A stretch of DNA of 64,000 nucleotides from the NCBI GenBank assembly GCA_040384485.1, contig JAZKJH010000003.1, positions 71,556-135,555 of the forward strand, in the 5' to 3' direction. This document shows positions 55,901 through 63,094 of this stretch, piece by piece. This DNA comes from Patescibacteria group bacterium. GTDB lineage: Bacteria; Patescibacteriota; Minisyncoccia; Phycocordibacterales; DATDWN01. The translations under genes were made by a program, and so were the position numbers. Every line of letters starts with the position of its first letter. Position 1 is the first letter of the stretch. Below the pieces are notes generated by a model. That model ran no database searches. It saw nothing but the letters and a program-made list of their open reading frames with translations, and was not told the DNA's origin.

Positions 55901-58320
55901 TTATATCCAGGTGATGTTGTTCCTATTCCAACATTTCCTCCATTGGTCACAATAAAATTTGTTGCTGTTGATGAACCGACAGCAAAAGCTGGACCTGCTA
56001 TTCCATTTGGGTTTATAGACAATTTTGCCCAAGGTGTAGTTGTGCCTATGCCGACATTGCCAGTTGATCCATTTATCACCATTCTAGTTTCTTGGCTACC
56101 TAAAAACGCCCCACTTGTGTTGAAAGCGATACCCGACCAGGCACCAAGATTCAAATATCCACCACCAACTGTTGATCCTAAATCTCCACGAAAAATACCG
56201 TTGGTGTAGTTTCCACTTCCTGTATCAATATCACCAAGATTAATGGTTCCAGAATCATCTGCTGTGCCAACTCGCAAAACCCCATTTATTTCCAGTTTTT
56301 CTGTTGGGTTTGAAACCCCCAATCCCAATCTTCCGTTGAGTGTATCTATATTGAGCACAGATGTCCCTGCAGCATTTTGAAAATTAAAAGCATTTATTTG
56401 ATCATTCTCTGGAACAAAGTTTAGAGATGAATTAGCTCCGTTCACTGCTACGGTTGTAGAGCCGTTTGCGGTTGTAGAAAATGTTGCCTCGTTACTCGCA
56501 TCGTATTGGAGTCTGAATTGAGGAGTTGATATTGAAGTTATTGTCTGACTACCTGAGTTAATAATTCCTCCTGCGTATAAGTTTCCAGAGTTATCTACTC
56601 GAAACAAATCTGTTGCTCCGTTCGCAGTTTTAAAAGTTATAAAGTCACCACTTGGAGCAAGGTCTGTTGCACGTCTTGAGGCAAATAAGGTTAGTCCGTT
56701 TTGTGATTGAACTAAATCTAGGGTCGCGGCGGGCATAGTGGTCCCAATACCTATCCTTCCGGAATTCTGTTGAACAACAAATTGACTCCCCCCTACAGCC
56801 AAACCTCCGGTTGAAATAGTAGAGGTAGCAACAGTACTAGTTGCGTTAAAATTCCCAAAGGTGGGAGTTGAGGTCGCCACAACTACCCCATCAGAACCTA
56901 TTGATAGCAACGAGTTTATTGCAACTCCTGAGAATGTTATGGTGGGAACTGAAAACGTTGTCGCGGAAAGATTGGTTGCTGTTATGGATGTGTTTGTGAT
57001 AGTTCCCCCGCTAATAGTTGGTGTCGTGATGCTAGGATTTTGGATTGTGGTATTTACAAGATTATCTATTTTTCCAGTGTGAGCTATTTGCTGGTATATG
57101 TTTGTAACTGCGTTGTTACTACCAGTTGAAAGACTTGAAAGTTGAATCGATAGTTCACTCGCAAATTTATTACTTGTTTCAGAAAGTCTTTGTTCTAAGT
57201 ATTCTCGGGTTACCCCAGTTACTGTGGTTGGAACAACTCTTTCAATAATTCTTTCAATTACAGGGTTAGTAACTATATTTTGCACAACAGGTGTATTTGT
57301 TGAAACAATAGTTTTTGTCGGAGCAACAGCTATTGGTTTTGCTTCATCCGAAACATATGTCTTTTCTGGAATTTGAATTGATGGTGTTTCTGCTTCTAAA
57401 GAATCGTCGGTGCCAAATAGTCCGCTAATAAAATTATAAATACCAACACTAGCTTTATCAAAAATATTTAACTCTTCGACAGAAGATGACACTTGCGCAC
57501 CAAACCTTCTAGCTTCATTTTTTGCAAGCGAGTTTGCTATAGATACTCCGTCTAATGATTCTGAGATAAAAGCTAGTGCACTGTAATAGTTACTTGCAAC
57601 TATTTTTTGTGTTTCAGAAAAACCAACATCGATAACTTTTTTATTTTTAAGTGCAAGTTCTTCTGTTGCTCCCCTTATGTAAAGTGATGGGTTTTTAAAA
57701 AACTTATAAGAATGTTGCGCGAAAAGTGAGCTCGCATTATCAATTTTATTTCCCAATGAAATATATGTGGGTGTTGCCAACTTTGAATACAAGTCAATTG
57801 TTTCATCTACTGATTCAAAAAAGTGGTGCGGGGCACTAGATATGTTTTTGGAAAGTTTTGGATAATCTACTTGAGTTATGGTGTGCCCAACAAAAACCAG
57901 CATCAAACCGAACGCCAAAGGCATCAGGTGTCTAGTAAAATAAACCAAAGATAGTGACCCTCTCATCATTGGAAACTTTGGGGAGGAAAGAATGTCGCCA
58001 ACATGAGCCTGAATCTTGCTTGCACTTTTTTGAGACAATTCCTCAATTTTCTTTACCGCAATACTTGCCGAGATATCGTTATTTTTAGATGTTTCAAAAA
58101 TCTCGGAGTGACGAGAAGTTTTTATTTCTAGGTCTTTTTTTTCAGTTCCGTAGTTAAGTATTGAGCTCTCAGCCACATACCACAAGTCCCCTACTTTTTT
58201 AGAATCTATTTTCCCAGAACGTGAAAGTTGACCGATGTAGTCGCGTGTATAGCCAGTAATCCTACTAGCATCTTTAACGGAAATATACTTCTTCTGATCA
58301 AAATAGAGCTCAGTTATCAT
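49954..58320 (-). CDS. Giant (2788 aa) fibre/adhesin: N-terminal HTH, TM, seven FG-GAP/VCBS repeats, YadA-head-like repeats, S74 chaperone, DUF5011-like Ig domain
   Basis: KYISVKDASRITGYTRDYIGQLSRSGKI....GDLWYV; DxNGDGxxD repeats; NxAIG repeats; SDVRAK..GFVAQEL..P.AV..VDYG...IQE. Confidence 0.85.
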   Translation of the reverse strand: MITELYFDQKKYISVKDASRITGYTRDYIGQLSRSGKIDSKKVGDLWYVAESSILNYGTEKKDLEIKTSRHSEIFETSKNNDISASIAVKKIEELSQKSASKIQAHVGDILSSPKFPMMRGSLSLVYFTRHLMPLAFGLMLVFVGHTITQVDYPKLSKNISSAPHHFFESVDETIDLYSKLATPTYISLGNKIDNASSLFAQHSYKFFKNPSLYIRGATEELALKNKKVIDVGFSETQKIVASNYYSALAFISESLDGVSIANSLAKNEARRFGAQVSSSVEELNIFDKASVGIYNFISGLFGTDDSLEAETPSIQIPEKTYVSDEAKPIAVAPTKTIVSTNTPVVQNIVTNPVIERIIERVVPTTVTGVTREYLEQRLSETSNKFASELSIQLSSLSTGSNNAVTNIYQQIAHTGKIDNLVNTTIQNPSITTPTISGGTITNTSITATNLSATTFSVPTITFSGVAINSLLSIGSDGVVVATSTPTFGNFNATSTVATSTISTGGLAVGGSQFVVQQNSGRIGIGTTMPAATLDLVQSQNGLTLFASRRATDLAPSGDFITFKTANGATDLFRVDNSGNLYAGGIINSGSQTITSISTPQFRLQYDASNEATFSTTANGSTTVAVNGANSSLNFVPENDQINAFNFQNAAGTSVLNIDTLNGRLGLGVSNPTEKLEINGVLRVGTADDSGTINLGDIDTGSGNYTNGIFRGDLGSTVGGGYLNLGAWSGIAFNTSGAFLGSQETRMVINGSTGNVGIGTTTPWAKLSINPNGIAGPAFAVGSSTATNFIVTNGGNVGIGTTSPGYKLAVEGTVGIKNNLYINRTLETDDAKVRFFTGATSGWSVGYNNANNGFLVRNERLGFDNFTISDHSAGQQIAIGTNGTTRISIEGSAGNVVLNPTSGKVGVGTTTPWAKFSVDTTGLTDPAFAIGSTASTFLSVTSSGNVGIGTVNPTGLLTVKGTASILNSSDDTIFSFNPSSAVFTLGKGGVVAGKINFDGTPGEIRQDGLTQFDFPTNTIRVWSAFDTPPLGFGIGPDYAFKTEGTERLTIKGTTGNIGVGTTTPRSKLTVAGGGVGAESIILSKAFGSTISPGPVGFNSYLNLSGGLGTGGTEMLPISQRITSSGNLVNIGSIKAGEISLTSGGTFATKVDYTTGTSPLGVTTGDVNGDGKDDVVVVNRGSETVSVFINNGNGTFATKVDYAATGSVPTAVALGDMNGDGKLDMVVTLGGASGVAIYLNNGNGTFATRVNYGGGAYEENLSLADFNADGKLDVASASYFDTGVSVYMNNGNGTLATRVKYTTATGRPQGLAAADFNGDGYVDIATDDWTTATMAVMMNNGDGTFGADVEYAVPGEQYSVKAADLSGDGKADIVVMRSGGVSVFINNGNGTFAARVDYTNAGSVGIALGDVNGDGFVDIVSTNHGSDTVSVLINNGNGTFATKVDYATGDGPFYVALGDFDGNGKLDIVTTNNNTTTASVLLNVANPVFTTKSLTGFTGFGTTTPWAQLSINPNGITGPAFAIGSSTATNFVVTNGGRVGIGTTTPNNLISVYDLIDFSNTTFSTKLGYQAGKNNVSAATGNTFVGYQAGLYGGGSTSGASDNTAVGYRSLISNVSGGRNVSMGVNALAGNTSGGENVAIGYSSMVSANGAYNVAIGPSTLGVTTGNSNIAIGLFSLNTNIAGSDSIGIGQGSLGLNTQSTSNIAIGVSAAAGNGANYTNQGGIYMGTASGYSVQTGSDYNIFLGYRSGYSNTTGANNIIIGSNVDVPVVAGSRQLNIGNVLYATGIYNGSSMSSTPVSNGLIGIGTTTPAAKLHTLSTTEQLRLGYDASNYTSLTVSTNGNLTVAPTGGTIVNTVLPSTNITFTNPASGSLYNIGNISSSTITDPSYASGVTRIANSAVYTSINPTSSWSNTVFNQSLALSTVSGNSQNGGYMYGLYNTVKHAGTGTIGGAWTNYGEVLNTGGGTITDAVGTYGWVSNSAGGTITTGRAGDFTFINSGYNKDMDGVRARSLSLGFATTSMALNAISANIGTMGTSTVVKATFYQSSAGANLLTDVKHFEVADLSNLGTIAGNTYGLYIGDITNGTQSGSEYSIYASDNNTLNYFAGSVGIGTTTPGAKLDIANTNNWSSYTNQITSASVSGGVGAFKSVQTITDPDPVVASPYRSNWFETEINLTGNPSSSRLYRGVQTYISTPVGSTFGHSNLSLTGNHIGAYHQGTGQVNAIRALDSSAQLAGSATASLVSAGLFSASIAGTGTVTTLQGLDSGVVLNPTSTGSTVTSAIGVRSRATFASASTVTTLNLFEASVLSNSGTITNTYAYYAGDLTTGTQTNTPYSFYASDTGAYNYFAGNVGIGTTTPGAKLSVEVGGGAANARNTQLRFTHTSGTDSFNLATIREAATDDIAGLAFLDGSTELMTVLSTGNVTVGTPTVGAGQLQVKISEVANWAAFFHNDGNNSDARGVGIAAGQHANGGAGNLLYFYDGDGSELVGSVTYTGSATTYNTTSDVRAKSGIVDTHYKLSDLMAIKVRDYTMTSDLNNTPQTGFVAQELHDIYPTAVSVPANPDDMWAVDYGRITPLIVKSIQEMNLNLETIAGINTTNTTEADGFASAFWTGIKTKLVAWFSETTNGIGNMFANVFTANEKICVDDECLTKDDIRALLDLVQEQNNEPEEEETPESGDSIPPVITITGSANLQIPLNSNYSDLGATVTDLDDENNANNNLGIYFNVNGVDMLSVSISTNATTTHTIVYSAMDEGGNWSYATRTVEVIEETVEGPPEELPEEGGEGGE
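50038..50286. repeat. Copy 3 of the ~260-bp 3'-end repeat
   Basis: Shares TGTTGCATTGGTAGATATAGATACTGAAAGCATATCTACTCCGTTTAC with copy 1. Confidence 0.9.
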
Positions 58321-58673
58321 TACTAATATTTTATCTATCTAATCAACTGTGTAGTGGAATTCATTGGGGAAAAGTGAAAGATTAAAAACAAGCCTAATTA
58401 CATAGGTAATTACATGATGTTGGTATGGATTCCTAATCAAATACTTCTACAATAAAGTCGTAAATTTTTTATGTTACTGTTCCACATGGTCATGCGACCA
58501 CTGCTCGGCTTCGCACGGTTGCAATCAATAATCAAAACTTACAACCATGGCTTCATACTAGAAATTTTCGTGTTAGCTCACCGACAACTTATCCACTTTT
58601 GTAACATTGCTAATAGATATTAAAGGATATAATATTGGTATATACCTTTATCAATGTTTTTATAAGTACAACT

Positions 58674-58916
58674 ATGGCAAATCTCTATATAACAATAAAA
58701 CAGGCAGGAAAAATACTTGGAGTGACTCCTCTCACCTTGAGAAACTGGGACAAGAACGGTAAGCTAAAAGCCCATAGACACCCGATGAATAACTATCGTG
58801 TTTACAAGATCGAGGACTTGGAGAAAGTGATTCATGAGATAGAAACACACGCAGGACTTCGCAAGAGTACAAAAAAAGAAGTTCACAAATTGATTGTTAA
58901 GCATTTGGAGGAATAG
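58674..58916 (+). CDS. Stand-alone MerR/Xis-type HTH protein
   Basis: ITIKQAGKILGVTPLTLRNWDKNGKL...RHPMNNYRVY. Confidence 0.88.
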   Translation: MANLYITIKQAGKILGVTPLTLRNWDKNGKLKAHRHPMNNYRVYKIEDLEKVIHEIETHAGLRKSTKKEVHKLIVKHLEE

Positions 58917-58920
58917 CAAT

Positions 58921-58966
58921 ACAAAATAAAAAAATCACTCTGTCTAGAGTGATTTTTTTATTTTGT
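58921..58966. terminator. Bidirectional terminator
   Basis: ACAAAATAAAAAAATCACTCT/AGAGTGATTTTTTTATTTTGT between convergent genes. Confidence 0.85.
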
Positions 58967-58975
58967 GTTCTGTTC

Positions 58976-60391
58976 TTACTGACTCAATAGCCCTAGTAAA
59001 ACATTCTTGAGCATTTCTGGATTCACACTCCCCTTCGATATTTTCATTCCTTGTCCAATAAAAAATTGAAACAGTGCAACTTTTCCTCCTTTGTATTCTG
59101 CTACAACATTTGGGTTGTCATTTAATATTTGCTCTGCAAGTTTTTTTACTTCCTCCGGATTACTTTTTTGTATTAGTCCTTTTTCATTTGCAATAACTTC
59201 TGGATCCCCTCCAACTTCAAACATAACGAGCAGTGTGTCTTTCGCTCCACGGGAAGACAAGTCACCTTTCTTGATCATTTGAATCAGTTTTATAAAACTA
59301 TCAGATGTTATTTTGCCTAATGAAAAGTCTAGGTTTATTTTTTTAGCAAAACCTACCAAATCAGAAGCAATATAGTTGGATGCCAACTGTAGAGTTTCTC
59401 CAGATTCAAGTTGTTTTGTTACAGCGTCGAAAAATTGACCTGCTTCTATATTTCCAACATACACCTCAACATCCGTTGGTTTTATTCCAAAACTTAAAAG
59501 TCTTTCTCTTTTTTGAGTTGGTGTTTCTGGTAGCTGGCTTTGTAGCACTTCCCTACTTAGCTCAGGGATTTCACTTAAAATGATTTTAGGCAAATCAGGA
59601 TCTGGGAAATATCTGTAATCATGTGCTGATTCTTTTGCGCGCTGACTAAACGTTGCTTGTTTGTTTTCATCCCAACCTCGAGTTTCTTGTATCACCTTCT
59701 CACCCTTATCCAAAAGAGTTGTTTGTCTTTTGAATTCATACTCAATTGCTTTTCCTGCTGCTCTAAATGAGTTGATATTTTTTACTTCTACTTTTGTGCC
59801 AAACTCTTCTGTTTTCGATACAGACATATTTACTTCTACACGCATCTCGCCTTTTTCCATATTTGCGTCCGACACATTTAAATACTGTAATAGTAGTTGA
59901 AATTCTTTTCCGAAGTTCATAGCTTCTTCAGCGCTGTGTATTACTGGTTCGGTAACAAGCTCCATCAAAGGCACTCCGGCTCGGTTGTAGTCGATCAAAC
60001 TAACATCTCCAGTGTCGTGTGATGATTTGGCTGTATCTTCCTCCAGATGAATTCTGGTTAATGTCACCCCTGCAAGTGAGCCTCCACTAACTAATGGATA
60101 TTTATATTGGCTTATTTGATAACCTTTTGGTATGTCTGGGTAGAAATAGTTTTTTCTATCAAACTCTGTAAAGTCTGCTAGTGTACTGTTTAAGGCTGTG
60201 CCTACCATCAAAACTTTTTTGACTGCCTCTTTGTTTATAACTGGTAGGGTTCCTGGGTGGCCCATACATATTGGACAAACGTTGGTGTTGGGAGCATCCC
60301 CCTCTCCATTTTTACAACCACAAAACATCTTACTTTTTGTTTTTAGCTCGGCGTGTATTTCTAAACCGATTGTTGTTTTGTATTCACTCAT
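58976..60391 (-). CDS. gatB: Asp/Glu-tRNA amidotransferase subunit B
   Basis: IGLEIHAEL.TKSKMFC, FDRKNYFYPD, HLEED, DYRYFPDPDLP. Confidence 0.98.
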   Translation of the reverse strand: MSEYKTTIGLEIHAELKTKSKMFCGCKNGEGDAPNTNVCPICMGHPGTLPVINKEAVKKVLMVGTALNSTLADFTEFDRKNYFYPDIPKGYQISQYKYPLVSGGSLAGVTLTRIHLEEDTAKSSHDTGDVSLIDYNRAGVPLMELVTEPVIHSAEEAMNFGKEFQLLLQYLNVSDANMEKGEMRVEVNMSVSKTEEFGTKVEVKNINSFRAAGKAIEYEFKRQTTLLDKGEKVIQETRGWDENKQATFSQRAKESAHDYRYFPDPDLPKIILSEIPELSREVLQSQLPETPTQKRERLLSFGIKPTDVEVYVGNIEAGQFFDAVTKQLESGETLQLASNYIASDLVGFAKKINLDFSLGKITSDSFIKLIQMIKKGDLSSRGAKDTLLVMFEVGGDPEVIANEKGLIQKSNPEEVKKLAEQILNDNPNVVAEYKGGKVALFQFFIGQGMKISKGSVNPEMLKNVLLGLLSQ

Positions 60392-60393
60392 GT

Positions 60394-61365
60394 CTATTTT
60401 GCTATCTTTCTAAGTATTTTAACAATTTCGTCACTGAAGTTCTTTACTGATGCGTCATCTATAATGGACAGGTCAAGAATATGTTCGTGAGTCTTACTGA
60501 ATAATTTCTTAATGGAATTGAGTTTTTTACTATCTACCATGTCTGTTTTTGTAAGTAATATAATTTCTGGTTTTTGTATCAAAGCAGGATCATAGTTCTT
60601 GAGCTCGTCTCTTATTATGTTGTACGTAGCCAAAACATCCTCGTTTTCGCAAGAGATACAGTGTAAGATAGCTTTTGTTCTAGAAACATGTCTCAAAAAT
60701 TTGTGCCCCAAACCTTTTCCTTCACTTGCTCCACTAATAAGTCCTGGTATGTCAGCTATAATAAAACCGTATAAGTCTCCTAGGTTTGGAACAAGAGTTG
60801 TAAATTGGTAATTTCCTATTTTTGCTTTTGCATTCGTTATGGAGTTGAGCAAACTAGACTTTCCTGCATTTGGCAATCCAACCAACCCCAGATCAACTAC
60901 TAGTTTTAATTCTACAAAAAACTGTCCTCCTTCTCCTGGTTTTCCAGGAGTGGACTCTTGCGGCCTTATGTTTTTTGAACCTTTAAAGTGAGTGTTTCCT
61001 CGTCCACCAAAACCACCTTTTAAAAAGAAAATTGGCTCTTCAGTAAGTACTTCTACAAACTCGCCTGTTTCAGTGTTAGTAACAATGCTTCCGATAGGTA
61101 GCTCGAGAATAGTGTCTTCCCCTCTTTTGCCGTGCATACAGTTACCCATCCCGTTTTGACCATCTTCTGCTTTTATATCTTTAATGAATTTATACTCTGA
61201 CAGTTTTCCTATGTCTCGTGCTCCTTTTAGATATACGCTGCCTCCCCTGCCACCATCTCCTCCTCCTGGCCCGGCATGATCAATACCCTTCTCATGCATC
61301 CATGAGACTATCCCATCACCTCCTTTTCCTGCCCAAATATTCAATGTGAGTTCGTCGATAAACAT
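60394..61365 (-). CDS. obgE: GTPase ObgE
   Basis: MFIDE start, Gly-rich Obg domain, GLPNAGKSSLL, FTTL.PNLG, DIPGLI. Confidence 0.97.
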   Translation of the reverse strand: MFIDELTLNIWAGKGGDGIVSWMHEKGIDHAGPGGGDGGRGGSVYLKGARDIGKLSEYKFIKDIKAEDGQNGMGNCMHGKRGEDTILELPIGSIVTNTETGEFVEVLTEEPIFFLKGGFGGRGNTHFKGSKNIRPQESTPGKPGEGGQFFVELKLVVDLGLVGLPNAGKSSLLNSITNAKAKIGNYQFTTLVPNLGDLYGFIIADIPGLISGASEGKGLGHKFLRHVSRTKAILHCISCENEDVLATYNIIRDELKNYDPALIQKPEIILLTKTDMVDSKKLNSIKKLFSKTHEHILDLSIIDDASVKNFSDEIVKILRKIAK

Positions 61366-61421
61366 ATATGGTACTCTAGCAGAAAAACCCTTAAAATCCA
61401 ATAACTACTAAGTAATTACGG

Positions 61422-61430
61422 TTATCCACA
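61422..61430 (+). promoter_or_regulatory. Consensus DnaA box
   Basis: TTATCCACA between the divergent obgE and acidic-protein genes. Confidence 0.45.
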
Positions 61431-61522
61431 CTATGTCTGCAATAACAGATTTGCAAAATAATCATAATCTGGTACAAATATTGAAAATACTTATTAATTG
61501 TTTTTATAATATTTATATACAT

Positions 61523-61798
61523 ATGGACGAACCATTGAAAGATGATGACAAAGAGAAAGATGAGATAGACCTTCCGATAGGAGATATCGACCCAGAAGCG
61601 GCTGCGCCAATAATAGAACCTGAGGAGGAAGCTGACCTTCCTGCAGATGATTTAGGTTTTGGTGGCGAAGATGAGTTCGGTGATCCATTGATAGTTCCGA
61701 CAAAAAAGCCTAGTGATGATGTTTCTGCTGAGGAGGAGGCTGAAGCAGAGGAAGAAGAGTTGCCTGAGGATGGGTATGACGATGTAGATTTACTATAA
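61523..61798 (+). CDS. Highly acidic, probably disordered 91-aa protein
   Basis: About 38 Asp/Glu in 91 aa by manual count; TATAAT upstream, terminator downstream. Confidence 0.75.
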   Translation: MDEPLKDDDKEKDEIDLPIGDIDPEAAAPIIEPEEEADLPADDLGFGGEDEFGDPLIVPTKKPSDDVSAEEEAEAEEEELPEDGYDDVDLL

Positions 61799-61800
61799 TA

Positions 61801-61830
61801 ACAAAAACCGCCGATACCGGCGGTTTTTGT
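61801..61830. terminator. Bidirectional terminator
   Basis: ACAAAAACCGCCG/CGGCGGTTTTTGT. Confidence 0.85.
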
Positions 61831-63041
61831 TATTTAATTTTAATGAATCGTTTTTTACCTATTCTATATACTCCCTCTTTTATAAAACTTTCATCTTTTA
61901 TCTTTTCACCGTTCTCCACACTAGTTACTGCACCATCTTGAAGTAATCTTCGCCACTCTGTTTTAGATGAGACAATCTCTTTTTTTATCAACTCCTCTAC
62001 TAACCCAGAACCTTCGATAGAAATTTCTTCTATATTCTCTGGCACCCCTCCTTTTGAAAATGTGTTTTCAAAAGCTTCTTCTGCTTTTTTTGCCTCCCCT
62101 TCTCCGTGATAAGTTGCTACTATTTCCCTTGCTAAAACTAGTTTAAATTCTTTCGGGTTGCCGCCTACAAGGATTGAGTTTTTTATTTTATTTATTTGTG
62201 ATGATGGAATTGTAGTAATAAGTTCCAAAGCAGGGATAATTAATTCGTCGCCCCAACTCATTATTTTACCAAACATATCTTCAGGGGTTTGATCCAACGA
62301 AACCATATTGTTTTCAGTTTTTCCCATTTTCTTTCCTGTTGGGTCAACAAGTAACTTGCAAGCTATGACGAACTTCTCTTTGTTTTTAAGTGTTTTAAGC
62401 AAATCCCTTCCAACTAGCATGTTAAAGGTTTGGTCATTCCCACCTATTTCCCCATCGACGTTCATGGCTACAGAATCGTAACCCTGCATTAGTGGATACA
62501 TGAATTCGTGAATGTAAATCGGCTTACCTTCTTTGCTTCGATTTTCAAACATATCTCTTTCCATCATCTGTCCAACTGTCATGTTGGAAGCTAAGTCCAA
62601 AACATCTGCAAAGCCCATCTCTCCTAGCCATTCTGAGTTGAATTTGAATAAAGCTTTGTTGGAACCAGAAAATGAAATATATTTTGAAGCTTGGTTTTTA
62701 TATTCCTTTAAGTTTGCCATTACCTCCTCAGAAGAAAGCTTTTTTCTGGCGGAAGTTTTATCTGTTGGGTCTCCGATCATCGCAGTAAAGTCTCCCATAA
62801 GTAGAATGATTTGGTGGCCTAACTCTTGGAACTTAGCCATCTTTAAAAGAGGAATAACGTGCCCCATGTGTAGGGTTGGACCTGTTGGGTCAACGCCTAA
62901 ATACAGAGTTACTCTTTCCCCTCGCATCATTTTTGCCTTCACAAACTCCTTGTTCGGGAAAACATTCTCTATACCCCTAGAAAGCAGCTCATCTATTTTT
63001 ACTTCATCTGTTATTGTTTTTTGTTGGGTGAATCCGAACAT
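61830..63041 (-). CDS. tyrS: Tyrosine--tRNA ligase
   Basis: YLGVDPTGPTLHMGH, YPLMQGYD, GGNDQTFN, KMGKT. Confidence 0.97.
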   Translation of the reverse strand: MFGFTQQKTITDEVKIDELLSRGIENVFPNKEFVKAKMMRGERVTLYLGVDPTGPTLHMGHVIPLLKMAKFQELGHQIILLMGDFTAMIGDPTDKTSARKKLSSEEVMANLKEYKNQASKYISFSGSNKALFKFNSEWLGEMGFADVLDLASNMTVGQMMERDMFENRSKEGKPIYIHEFMYPLMQGYDSVAMNVDGEIGGNDQTFNMLVGRDLLKTLKNKEKFVIACKLLVDPTGKKMGKTENNMVSLDQTPEDMFGKIMSWGDELIIPALELITTIPSSQINKIKNSILVGGNPKEFKLVLAREIVATYHGEGEAKKAEEAFENTFSKGGVPENIEEISIEGSGLVEELIKKEIVSSKTEWRRLLQDGAVTSVENGEKIKDESFIKEGVYRIGKKRFIKIK

Positions 63042-63094
63042 AGTACTGTTTATTTGTGATTTAACTTTACCACAAATATGTTAGAATGCTAGGA

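Noticed and set aside
33550-57082. Many plus-strand ORFs up to 322 aa opposite the giant genes
   Set aside because: Antisense shadows of Thr/Gly/Asn/Ser-rich codons giving Val/Pro-rich translations with no start signals
33285-58320. Prophage tail-fibre region or diversity-generating retroelement
   Set aside because: No capsid, terminase, baseplate or reverse transcriptase; proteins have TM or signal sequences; repeat differences are not confined to adenines
58589-61430. Replication origin suggested by DnaA-box-like sequences
   Set aside because: Boxes are isolated (one perfect, one mismatched, 2.8 kb apart), with no cluster and no dnaA/dnaN
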